A DNA stretch of 64,000 nucleotides from Alphaproteobacteria bacterium (lineage in GTDB: Bacteria; Pseudomonadota; Alphaproteobacteria; Rs-D84). Of the stretch, positions 47,868 through 55,674 are shown one piece after another. A program made the position numbers and the translations under genes. Numbering within the stretch: position 1 is the stretch's first letter; each line of letters starts with the position of its first letter. A model generated the notes under the pieces. That model worked only from the letters and a program-made list of their open reading frames with translations, did not search any database and had not been told where the DNA came from. Location: positions 3,826 through 67,825 of the forward strand of contig JAFTPS010000013.1 in the NCBI GenBank assembly GCA_017463185.1. The letters run 5' to 3'.

Positions 47868-47941
47868 TGGTTGGGGCAGCTGGATTCGAACCAACACTGA
47901 CGGAGTCAGAGTCCGGAGTTCTACCATTAAACTATGCCCCA
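47868..47941 (-). tRNA. tRNA-Gln (anticodon CUG)
   Basis: 74 nt. UGGGGCA acceptor (U1-A72 as in bacterial tRNA-Gln), anticodon loop CUCUGAC, GGTTCGAATCC T-arm, encoded CCA. Confidence 0.9.
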
Positions 47942-48106
47942 ATGCCCGGCTATTATATGCATGACGATTACATTTTGCAAGCACAAAATTTAACACTTTT
48001 CACGGAAATTCACTAAACCCAACGGACACGACAAATTATTCACTGCTTTCCTGTGGATTTTTTGAAACCAACCCCTATGCTGAATTTATAACCAAAAGGA
48101 CATTCA

Positions 48107-48253
48107 ATGACAGAAAAATTACTCACCCCAAATCAACTGGCAGAAAACCTTGGGATCAAACCCTTCACCCTGTTGCAATACAGAATGAATGGCAAAGGGC
48201 CAAAATATATCAAATTGGGACACCTGGTGCGAAATAGGACTCGCCCCCAGTAA
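48107..48253 (+). pseudogene. AlpA/excisionase-type HTH gene, apparently truncated (48 codons)
   Basis: MTEKLLTPNQLAENLGIKPFTLLQYRMNGKGPKYIKLGHLVR then a premature stop. The normal family continues for about 15-20 more aa. Confidence 0.5.
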
Positions 48254-48341
48254 CAACATGTCGCACTGGTTCACGTCTGCCGGCATAGAACCCCAGCAAG
48301 AACAGAGCTGGAACGATTAAAAGCACGACTCTGTCTTTCAT
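48210..48341 (-). CDS. Possible 43-aa hydrophobic peptide (not in track)
   Basis: MKDRVVLLIVPALFLLGFYAGRREP.... The SD GGGAG 3 nt upstream is sequestered in the hairpin ACUCCC...GGGAGU (48342-48387). Convergently overlaps the alpA-like remnant. Confidence 0.25.
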   Translation of the reverse strand: MKDRVVLLIVPALFLLGFYAGRREPVRHVVTGGESYFAPGVPI

Positions 48342-48629
48342 CGACTCCCACATAAAAGACCACTCAACAAAGTGAGTGGTCGGGAGTTGAACAGTTCAAG
48401 AACAGAACTCCGTGCTTTCGGGATAAATCCCTATGGTATGGCAACGGCATCCCGACCAGAGTCGGGACATTAGAAGTTAAAGTTCTTGGGTGTTCAAACC
48501 CGTTTACACTTATAATGTCGCTTGTGCAATAAAATGCACAAGAACATTCTACTATAAAATATTAAAAAATCACCCCTGACATATTTTCTATTTTTATCAA
48601 GATTTCTTTGGTTTTTATTCATATAAAGT

Positions 48630-48658
48630 TTGTTTTTACCCCGTTTTTATGATACAAT
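48630..48658 (+). promoter_or_regulatory. Promoter (TTGTTT-17-TACAAT with extended -10 TG)
   Basis: ttgttt at 48630-48635, tgatacaat at 48650-48658. Confidence 0.5.
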
Positions 48659-48663
48659 ATTTG

Positions 48664-48848
48664 CCGACACAGGCGACTGTGTTGGGCGTTACAACCCATA
48701 ACATTAGGTGTCCGTGGGGACACAAAAAACCTCTAACCTTTGGTTGGAGGGCGGCGAATATACCGAATAAGCCCGCTATTTCCTAATGTTATAGTTGTAA
48801 ACCTCCAACCACCAAAGAATGCCTGTGTGGAATTAAACGGAGAGTAGC
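48664..48848 (+). promoter_or_regulatory. Highly structured leader RNA (multi-helix junction), riboswitch or attenuator candidate
   Basis: 9-bp hairpin with GCGA tetraloop (48664-48685). About 20-bp closing helix 48688-48708/48782-48802 enclosing three hairpins. Downstream ACCUCCAACC (48801-48810) can alternatively pair with 48742-48751. Confidence 0.4.
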
Positions 48849-49118
48849 ATGACAAAACAGAAACAACCCAGCAAAACAATGACCCTGCCAAAAACTCTGT
48901 GGGGATTTTATTTTAAGCACGCAATTCACGGTAATGGCTGGATGATTCTGGCAGGTGCAATTTTATCATTTGTTGTTGCTTTTGACCGAGTATTACAACC
49001 ACTTATTCAAAGTTGGACGGTGGCAGAGTTGCTGGAAGAACTGCGACCCGCGATTGAGATAATACCAGACAATCACATTAAACTGCGAATGATGGGGGGT
49101 ACGTACGGCTCTGCGTAG
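48849..49118 (+). CDS. Hypothetical 89-aa membrane-protein fragment (possibly the N-terminal piece of a transporter)
   Basis: LWGFYFKHAIHGNGWMILAGAILSFVVAF looks like one TM segment. Short and isolated, so a gene remnant is likely. Confidence 0.3.
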   Translation: MTKQKQPSKTMTLPKTLWGFYFKHAIHGNGWMILAGAILSFVVAFDRVLQPLIQSWTVAELLEELRPAIEIIPDNHIKLRMMGGTYGSA

Positions 49119-49194
49119 GCCACCTGAACAAGCAAATACGAATTCTGGAACAAGCACTCGGCAAACCAACATTTGTAGATATAAAGGCATAGAT

Positions 49195-49731
49195 ATGACA
49201 GACAAACCAAAAACACTTTATCATGGATCGCAACATGAAATTACAGATGGTTTTATCAGAATGAAACCTGGACGTATTGACGGTATGCGCACACCAATAA
49301 CTGCGGCTTTTGCAACCCCAAGTTACAGACACGCACGATTGTATGCCGTCATGCGAATAATTTCTAATGGATGGAAAGCGCCCACAGAAATAGACACACT
49401 GTATGTTGAATGTATAAATCCAAATATTACAAAACAAAAGGCGTATGTGTACGAAGTTTCTTCGGACGGTTTTATCCCAGATGGCGATGATTATTATTGC
49501 CTGAACGATGTGCCAATCTTGAAAACCTATGAAATTGATGTTATGCAAGAAATCAGAAATGGGAACATCAAGGTATATGTCCTGCAAGATAAAGTAAATT
49601 TTGACGGTCTGTCAGATGAAGAAAGTCTGGCTTTGTGGCAAAAAACAAAAAGGACCGGACATTTTGAACGATATATTCCAGAAGAACCCAAAAAAACTTT
49701 AACCTTTTTTGATAAAGGTCTAGATAGATAA
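49195..49731 (+). CDS. Hypothetical protein, YHGS-motif family, paralog 1
   Basis: 178 aa. KTLYHGSQHEITDGF...AAFATPSYRHARLYA...AYVYEVSS...IKVYVL aligns with the next gene. Confidence 0.55.
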   Translation: MTDKPKTLYHGSQHEITDGFIRMKPGRIDGMRTPITAAFATPSYRHARLYAVMRIISNGWKAPTEIDTLYVECINPNITKQKAYVYEVSSDGFIPDGDDYYCLNDVPILKTYEIDVMQEIRNGNIKVYVLQDKVNFDGLSDEESLALWQKTKRTGHFERYIPEEPKKTLTFFDKGLDR

Positions 49732-49747
49732 ACCTAAGGAATATCTT

Positions 49748-50353
49748 ATGAAGAAAGATGCATTTGAATATGGATCCAAACAAATAGAATCACGCACGTT
49801 TTATCATGGTTCCGCAACAAAAATAGACGGTGATTTTTTAGAACCCAAAGAACAATTTAACAGTGTTCAAAACAAACGTGTTGTCGGTGCATTTGTTACA
49901 TCAGATGCAGATTATGCAAAATTCTTTGCACTGGTAAAATGCTTGTCTGGTCGCGGTCAATGTAAGTTGCATGGCAAGAAAATATTCTTTGAACGAATAT
50001 CTGACAGTATAAAGCCAGAATTCAACTTGTATACAGTCGTCGAACAACCAGACGAAAAATTTATTCACGACAAAGGCACAGAATATTATTCGCCAACACC
50101 AATCAAGATATCCAAGCGGCAAACTTGTAATACGGTTGATGAAATAGAAAAGTTGGGGTATGAAATATACGTGCTGAACGAGCCATTAAAAAGCAAACCA
50201 AACAAACAGTCTAATGACAATTCACACGTTCAATCTGAAATGCACCAGGCGATTGCAAACGGTGCGTATCATCGTGTAGATGTTGCGGATTTAATCAAGC
50301 AACAAAAATCAAAAAGTATATTTCAGAAATTATTTAATTGGCAAAAAGATTAG
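49748..50353 (+). CDS. Hypothetical protein, YHGS-motif family, paralog 2
   Basis: 201 aa. RTFYHGSATKIDGDF...GAFVTSDADYAKFFA...NLYTVVEQ...YEIYVL. Confidence 0.55.
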   Translation: MKKDAFEYGSKQIESRTFYHGSATKIDGDFLEPKEQFNSVQNKRVVGAFVTSDADYAKFFALVKCLSGRGQCKLHGKKIFFERISDSIKPEFNLYTVVEQPDEKFIHDKGTEYYSPTPIKISKRQTCNTVDEIEKLGYEIYVLNEPLKSKPNKQSNDNSHVQSEMHQAIANGAYHRVDVADLIKQQKSKSIFQKLFNWQKD

Positions 50354-50354
50354 G

Positions 50355-50396
50355 AACTGTCTTTGAATTTGATATAAATAGATTTGCATAAAGGAA
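50355..50396 (+). repeat. Direct repeat copy 1 (about 43 bp)
   Basis: aactgtctttgaatttgatataaatagatttgcataaaggaaa versus 50882-50924 aacagtatttgagtttgatataaacagatttgcataaaggaaa. Confidence 0.85.
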
Positions 50397-50402
50397 AACA
50401 AT

Positions 50403-50918
50403 ATGAACGTGAAAATCAGAAATGCGGTGCCAGATGATGCGGCCGCAATACAAAAGATTATTGCAACCGGATATCGGCGGTCTTTTGCAGGCCTGCACAG
50501 TCCAGAATACCTGGAACAGAAGATTCAGGAATATTTAAGTCCGGCCAGAATTGAAAAAATGGCAAACATAATCCGCAATGAAAATTCTGTGAACATTGTT
50601 GCAGAAAATGAAAACGGTGTCGTCGTTGGCTCGGTCGGTGGAATGCAGGACGACAATAACAACTGGGAACTGATTGCGTTATACGTGGACGAAAATGTAA
50701 TTGGCGATACCAAGTTTGCACTATCACTGGTTCAAGAATTTGCCAAACGCATCAAGGATGCCGGTGCAACAACATTTACCACAGGCACATTGACCGGCAG
50801 TCGCGTATGCCGGCTGTACGAATTACTGGGTGGTAAAAAGATAAAAGAATATATCAACGAACGGCGCGACAACGTATCAGAAACAGTATTTGAGTTTGAT
50901 ATAAACAGATTTGCATAA
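50403..50918 (+). CDS. GNAT family N-acetyltransferase
   Basis: 171 aa. IRNAVPDDAAAIQKI...LIALYVDENVIGDTKFALSLVQEF...YELLGGKK. Confidence 0.7.
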   Translation: MNVKIRNAVPDDAAAIQKIIATGYRRSFAGLHSPEYLEQKIQEYLSPARIEKMANIIRNENSVNIVAENENGVVVGSVGGMQDDNNNWELIALYVDENVIGDTKFALSLVQEFAKRIKDAGATTFTTGTLTGSRVCRLYELLGGKKIKEYINERRDNVSETVFEFDINRFA

Positions 50919-50924
50919 AGGAAA
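50882..50924 (+). repeat. Direct repeat copy 2 (covers the GNAT C-terminus and the next RBS)
   Basis: See 50355-50396. Confidence 0.85.
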
Positions 50925-50929
50925 TGTAA

Positions 50930-51190
50930 ATGAAGCCAATAATTGGGGAATTTTTGGGCTATGCATGCGGATTCTGCACAACGATTGCTTTTCTGCCCCA
51001 GACGATAAAATCAATACGCAGTCGCAATGTGTCGGGGCAGTCGCTGTCAATGTATGTAATATACTGTATCGGGCTGATTTTCTGGATACTGTATGGGGTA
51101 TATTTACACTCGTTCCAGATGATACTGTTCAACGGCATTACATTAGTTATATTGTATCTAATTATCGCAAATATGGGACATAAAAAATGA
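50930..51190 (+). CDS. SemiSWEET (PQ-loop) transporter
   Basis: 86 aa, three TM helices, FLPQTIKSIRSRNVSGQS PQ-loop motif. Confidence 0.8.
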   Translation: MKPIIGEFLGYACGFCTTIAFLPQTIKSIRSRNVSGQSLSMYVIYCIGLIFWILYGVYLHSFQMILFNGITLVILYLIIANMGHKK

Positions 51191-51735
51191 AACGGCACTT
51201 TTACTTTTTCAGACATGGCCAAACAAATGAAAACAAGGCCGGCGCAACATACGGCAACGCGCTTGAGGCATATCTGACCCCGGACGGTATTGCCCAGGCG
51301 GAAAAACTGAGGGCGTATCTGGCGGATAAAAATATAGAAATCGTCTATTCCAGTCCATTGCACCGCGCCATTGAAACAGCGAAAATCGCAATCAATAACC
51401 CAGAAATTAAAATCAAAACAGATGACCGACTGATTGAAACGACCTTTGGATTCTGGTATGGAGAAACGGACGAAATTCAACAAAGAATCAATGATAATTT
51501 CAATCGCATAAAATCATGTTTGGATGACATTATCGCAAATGACAGCCGTACCAACATCGCAATCGCATCACATGGTGGGGTCACACGTGCATTGTGCTAT
51601 GCATGCGGTCAAAAAATCGGCGAAATCAAAAACTGTCAGTGTTTTCATTTTGTGCTGAACGGCGATCAGTGGGAATTTATTGAAGAATTTGATACCGGCA
51701 TAGTTGTTCACAACAAATCAGACATGCCAAAATAA
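51187..51735 (+). CDS. Histidine phosphatase family protein (PGAM-like)
   Basis: FFRHGQTNEN (RHG motif), IASHGGVTRAL. ATGA overlap with the upstream gene. Confidence 0.8.
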   Translation: MKRHFYFFRHGQTNENKAGATYGNALEAYLTPDGIAQAEKLRAYLADKNIEIVYSSPLHRAIETAKIAINNPEIKIKTDDRLIETTFGFWYGETDEIQQRINDNFNRIKSCLDDIIANDSRTNIAIASHGGVTRALCYACGQKIGEIKNCQCFHFVLNGDQWEFIEEFDTGIVVHNKSDMPK

Positions 51736-51746
51736 AAGGACACAAA

Positions 51747-52019
51747 ATGAAATATGTTAAAGATGGTGCAGAATGTAAACCCCAAGAATTAAGTATATTG
51801 GAAACACTGCAAGAACTGGAAGATGTGGTTCATATTGCAAAAACAATGTGTCGCAGCATTCATAAAGATGGCGGTACGCCGGATTCCGCGCGCGGGGATG
51901 CCAAATATGCCCATACCAATCTGGACGAGGCAGAAGAATATATATCATTCCTGCGTAAGAAAATAAAAATTGCGCTGGAACACGTACCAACCTACATAAA
52001 AAAACAGGAATACTTGTAA
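51747..52019 (+). CDS. Hypothetical protein
   Basis: 90 aa, RBS aaaagga. No motif recognised. Confidence 0.45.
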   Translation: MKYVKDGAECKPQELSILETLQELEDVVHIAKTMCRSIHKDGGTPDSARGDAKYAHTNLDEAEEYISFLRKKIKIALEHVPTYIKKQEYL

Positions 52020-52046
52020 CAAACCGCCCGATGGGCGGTGTTTATT
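52018..52046. terminator. Bidirectional terminator (near-identical to 53296-53325)
   Basis: aacaAACCGCCCgatGGGCGGTgTTtatttt. Confidence 0.8.
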
Positions 52047-53253
52047 TTACAACAAGTCTGACCTTGTTCAAAATCCAGAACAGCAATCCAGACATAATCA
52101 GCAAAAATACCAATGTTGTGGTAATGCCATAACCGTCCATTAAAAATTTTGCCGCAATCAGCATTACTGCACCACATAATGTGCCGACCATGGCACGTGT
52201 GGACAAAACCGTACCACGTTCAACAGAACGAATACTGTGGTGTATCAGTGTATTGTACTGCAATCTGTTCAATCTGTTAATAGATGGCACAGTTGCCATA
52301 ATTGCGCATGCAACATAAACCACCGCCATATTTGATGTATGTATTGCAACCAGCCCCATTATTGCCGCAACAATAACTGCAAAGATTGTTATTACAGACG
52401 CACGTATTTCCCCCAGTTTTTCACATATCTTGTACGCGTACTTGGAAAAGAATATGCCCGAAAATTGATTCACTGCGAAATACACACCGAACAAGGCAAC
52501 CGGCACGTGGGCGGTTTCCATAATCGGCTGCATAATCCATAACAGTACAATCGTAAAAGCGCCAAACATGGACGGGAACAAAATTAAATTCCGCAGTTTT
52601 GAATTTTGCAATGTTTTATACGTTATCCCAACGGCATCCGCAACGGCGGTTTTGTTTTTGACAGTGCGCTTAACCTCTAATAATTCCGGCAGGAACAAGA
52701 ACGCAAACACGCACATTACTGCAAACAATACTTGGAACCATAATAATCCAGATGCGCCCAAGGCAACAAACATAACACCGCCCAGGATAGATGCGATAAA
52801 TTCTGCAATACTGGCCCAGGTCATGATGCCGCCAAATTCTTTCAAGAATTGTTTCTGGCTTTTATTGCGTTTCATCAGGTCGTATGTGTATGCCTCCAAC
52901 GTGCCAGAAAATAATGCACTGCTGATACCCAGTAAAGCCTCGCCGGCGACAATTGCCCAGAATCCATAGGCGGCGGCAATGGTTGCAAACCCCATAATTG
53001 AACACAGCGCACCAAAAATCATTACACGGCGGCGACTGAAACGGTCGGACAAATATCCCGATGGAATTTCAAACAAAAATGCCGCCAGTCTGAAAATACC
53101 CTGGATTAAAAAGAAATCACCAACGGTTATGCCGCGCCCAGTATAAACCAATACAATTACGGGTATAACCGGCATAAAATTACGAAAGAACCACCCGATA
53201 CGCAACAGGCGTAATCCACGTTTAACAGATAATGATTTTGGACTTTTTTTCAT
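52042..53253 (-). CDS. MFS transporter
   Basis: About 12 TM segments. GYLSDRFSRRRVMIFG matches the MFS loop 2-3 motif. ATG at 53253 preferred over the TTG at 53277. Confidence 0.8.
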   Translation of the reverse strand: MKKSPKSLSVKRGLRLLRIGWFFRNFMPVIPVIVLVYTGRGITVGDFFLIQGIFRLAAFLFEIPSGYLSDRFSRRRVMIFGALCSIMGFATIAAAYGFWAIVAGEALLGISSALFSGTLEAYTYDLMKRNKSQKQFLKEFGGIMTWASIAEFIASILGGVMFVALGASGLLWFQVLFAVMCVFAFLFLPELLEVKRTVKNKTAVADAVGITYKTLQNSKLRNLILFPSMFGAFTIVLLWIMQPIMETAHVPVALFGVYFAVNQFSGIFFSKYAYKICEKLGEIRASVITIFAVIVAAIMGLVAIHTSNMAVVYVACAIMATVPSINRLNRLQYNTLIHHSIRSVERGTVLSTRAMVGTLCGAVMLIAAKFLMDGYGITTTLVFLLIMSGLLFWILNKVRLVVK

Positions 53254-53295
53254 ATTCGGAATTTTATCATATTTCAAGGAAATTGTCTAATTTAA

Positions 53296-53325
53296 ACAAA
53301 CCGCCCGATTGGGCGGTGTTATTTT
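53296..53325 (-). terminator. Terminator after the kinase-like gene
   Basis: AACCGCCCgattGGGCGGTgTT with a U-run on the minus strand. Confidence 0.75.
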
Positions 53326-54092
53326 GAATGGGGGCGCAACGCGATATTATGATAATTGCTTTCGTACAATTTGCGCGCGGCATCGGATTTTAAGACCTCT
53401 AAGGCACGCGGTTTCAGTTTTAATTGTTCCGCGCATTTCACACCACGCGACCGGGCGGCACGCATCAATTTGCCCATAATTTTTAATTCCAGTTCATAGT
53501 ATTCGGCATTATCGGGCATATCCGGAATATCGGTCAATAACAACAAAATCAAATCACCAATGTTGCGAATGTTTTTAACCGGGCGCAGGTCAATAATATG
53601 AAACCGCCCAGTCCCCGCATCAAACAGCATATTGCCTTCGGATGGGTCAATTGTGAAATTGGTCGTAGCCAAATGATTCAAATCATCAACCAGTTTGTTA
53701 TACGCACTTTGTGGCGCAGATGCCATTATGCGCATTTTTTCAATCGCCACAGATACCGCATCGGCCTGTTGTTGGGCGGTCAATGGTTCTTCGACCAAAT
53801 TATTTGTTGGGATGCCATCAACCTTTTTACAGACAGACAACACCACAGTTCCGGATATTGGGTCTGTTAGATTATACAATGGCTGTCCAAAATTGCGGCG
53901 ACCATGTACATTATCAGCACGCATGTAACGATACGCGCCGGATGACAGTTTGTCCCAAAACGCTTTATCAATCTTGACAGTATGCGGTACACGCACAACA
54001 TAAGAACCTGCATCGTATGTGGTGGCCTCGGTCCCCGAACCAATCGGTTTTTGTGAAATTGCGGACAAGATTTCAGAACTATTAAATTGCAT
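53319..54092 (-). CDS. Atypical protein-kinase-like / phosphotransferase-fold protein
   Basis: PIGSGTEATTYDAGSYVVRVP (Gly-loop-like), TIDPSEGNMLFD (D-x4-N catalytic-loop spacing), FHIIDL (DFG-position Asp). Confidence 0.5.
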   Translation of the reverse strand: MQFNSSEILSAISQKPIGSGTEATTYDAGSYVVRVPHTVKIDKAFWDKLSSGAYRYMRADNVHGRRNFGQPLYNLTDPISGTVVLSVCKKVDGIPTNNLVEEPLTAQQQADAVSVAIEKMRIMASAPQSAYNKLVDDLNHLATTNFTIDPSEGNMLFDAGTGRFHIIDLRPVKNIRNIGDLILLLLTDIPDMPDNAEYYELELKIMGKLMRAARSRGVKCAEQLKLKPRALEVLKSDAARKLYESNYHNIALRPHSK

Positions 54093-54673
54093 TACTTAGC
54101 CTTATATTCCGATTTTAGTTTCGAAAACAACAGATGATTCATATATGTGCCATCTGGCATTTTATTCGCAGCACGTTCAACACCATCCAGTTGATAGCCA
54201 GCCTTTTTAATCGAATTTACCGAACAAACATTGCCCTCCATCGCCTGACGACAGATACGATTTACCCCCAGTTCTTCAAAACCCAATTTATCAATCAGCT
54301 TATGCACTTCCTGATTAAAGCCTTGGCCGCGAGCAGATTTAATAAACCATACACTGGAACACTGTATCGTATCACAATGGTCTATGTAGTGAAACCGCTG
54401 ATATCCAACGAATTTGCCATTATGAAAGATATACCAGACAACGCCGTCTTTATAACCTGCCTCTCGCTGCATCAATTTTAACAGTTCATCAACAGATTCT
54501 GGCAAATGATTTTTGTATGATGCTGAATACCGCATATACTGATAATCGGCTGGATTTTCATTTTTCAACACATCCCACAACATCTGTGCGTTCGCAATAG
54601 TTGGCTTTAATACACGCAATTCCAAGCGTTCTGTTTTTATATCGTGATTAAATATTTCATAAAATTTTTCCAT
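54092..54673 (-). CDS. GNAT acetyltransferase (RimJ/RimL-like)
   Basis: 193 aa. LELRVLKP...VGYQRFHYID...ARGQGFNQEV...LGVNRICRQAMEGNVCSVNSIKKAGY. Confidence 0.75.
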   Translation of the reverse strand: MEKFYEIFNHDIKTERLELRVLKPTIANAQMLWDVLKNENPADYQYMRYSASYKNHLPESVDELLKLMQREAGYKDGVVWYIFHNGKFVGYQRFHYIDHCDTIQCSSVWFIKSARGQGFNQEVHKLIDKLGFEELGVNRICRQAMEGNVCSVNSIKKAGYQLDGVERAANKMPDGTYMNHLLFSKLKSEYKAK

Positions 54674-54730
54674 CTGCTTTTTCCTTTGATTATCCCAACA
54701 ATTTTATCATAAAAATCCCATATTCCCAAA

Positions 54731-54756
54731 TAAAAAGCCCCCAATCGGGGGTAATT
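54731..54756 (-). terminator. Terminator after the HExxH gene
   Basis: CCCCCgattGGGGG followed by cuuuuuauuu on the minus strand. Confidence 0.8.
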
Positions 54757-55569
54757 TTACTTTCGGTTTTCTAGCATTTGCTTCATCATAATTTGCAGTG
54801 TCTGTCGCGTTGCATTTTCATATTCATAACGCAACAATTTCAATTTTTCTCTTAACTTTTCAGGTACATCACAGCCAGAGTTGTACAATCCACGACCATT
54901 AAAAGTTAAATATGCACCCCCAACTGAATTAAAATTCTTGGAATACTGGGGTTGCAAACTGCCTAACAAATGTTGTTTTATTGTATCGTCATTCTGACCG
55001 GCACAAGCAAGCACGATACGGCGTTGAATCTGTTGCATGTGTTGGGCAAGGTACCAATTTTTTCTGCTCAACAAATCGTCAATGCCGTACGAAACCGCCA
55101 TACAAACCTCATCAAATGTTGGAACGCCTGTACCAAGATATGCGGTTGCATATGCAGAAACTTCATCAAGAGCATACAGTCCCGATATTTCATAATAGTT
55201 TTTCATGGTAAACAAAGGGTTGCCATATTTAGCATTTTCCAGATGTTTTGTTTCATGTGCAATCGTCTTTGGCTCTTCCATCCTCAATAATTCTGCAGTT
55301 TCCCGAATAACATCATCTGGCCCCAGAATTAAATCCGGTGCGATTTCATAACGGTAAACTATAACATCATTGCTGCCATAACAAGTGTCCCCACCAATCA
55401 TTGGCTGCCTTCCAGAACGATACGCATCGATATTTAAACTATTTATCGTCCTATTCACATATATAATTTTAACCTGTTTTTCGGGTTTGTTTTGTGGCGC
55501 ATCAAGAACAGACGACTGATTTGTCGTCTTTGGTTTAAAAAAATTCAAGATTTTTTCTATCGTTGCCAT
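54757..55569 (-). CDS. Hypothetical protein with HExxH zinc-metallopeptidase motif
   Basis: 270 aa. TIAHETKHLENAKYG contains HETKH at 55243-55257. No signal peptide obvious. Confidence 0.5.
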   Translation of the reverse strand: MATIEKILNFFKPKTTNQSSVLDAPQNKPEKQVKIIYVNRTINSLNIDAYRSGRQPMIGGDTCYGSNDVIVYRYEIAPDLILGPDDVIRETAELLRMEEPKTIAHETKHLENAKYGNPLFTMKNYYEISGLYALDEVSAYATAYLGTGVPTFDEVCMAVSYGIDDLLSRKNWYLAQHMQQIQRRIVLACAGQNDDTIKQHLLGSLQPQYSKNFNSVGGAYLTFNGRGLYNSGCDVPEKLREKLKLLRYEYENATRQTLQIMMKQMLENRK

Positions 55570-55576
55570 AGTAAAA

Positions 55577-55607
55577 TTATTGACAACAAAACACTCTTTG
55601 TCAATAA
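55577..55607. promoter_or_regulatory. Perfect 9-bp inverted repeat forming mirror-image divergent promoters
   Basis: TTATTGACA-13 nt-TGTCAATAA. Each strand reads TTGACA-17-AATAAT. Confidence 0.45.
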
Positions 55608-55674
55608 TTTAATTATGAAATTTCCACAAAATATGCTATAATTACTGGGACAAAATTAAAATACAGGACAAATT

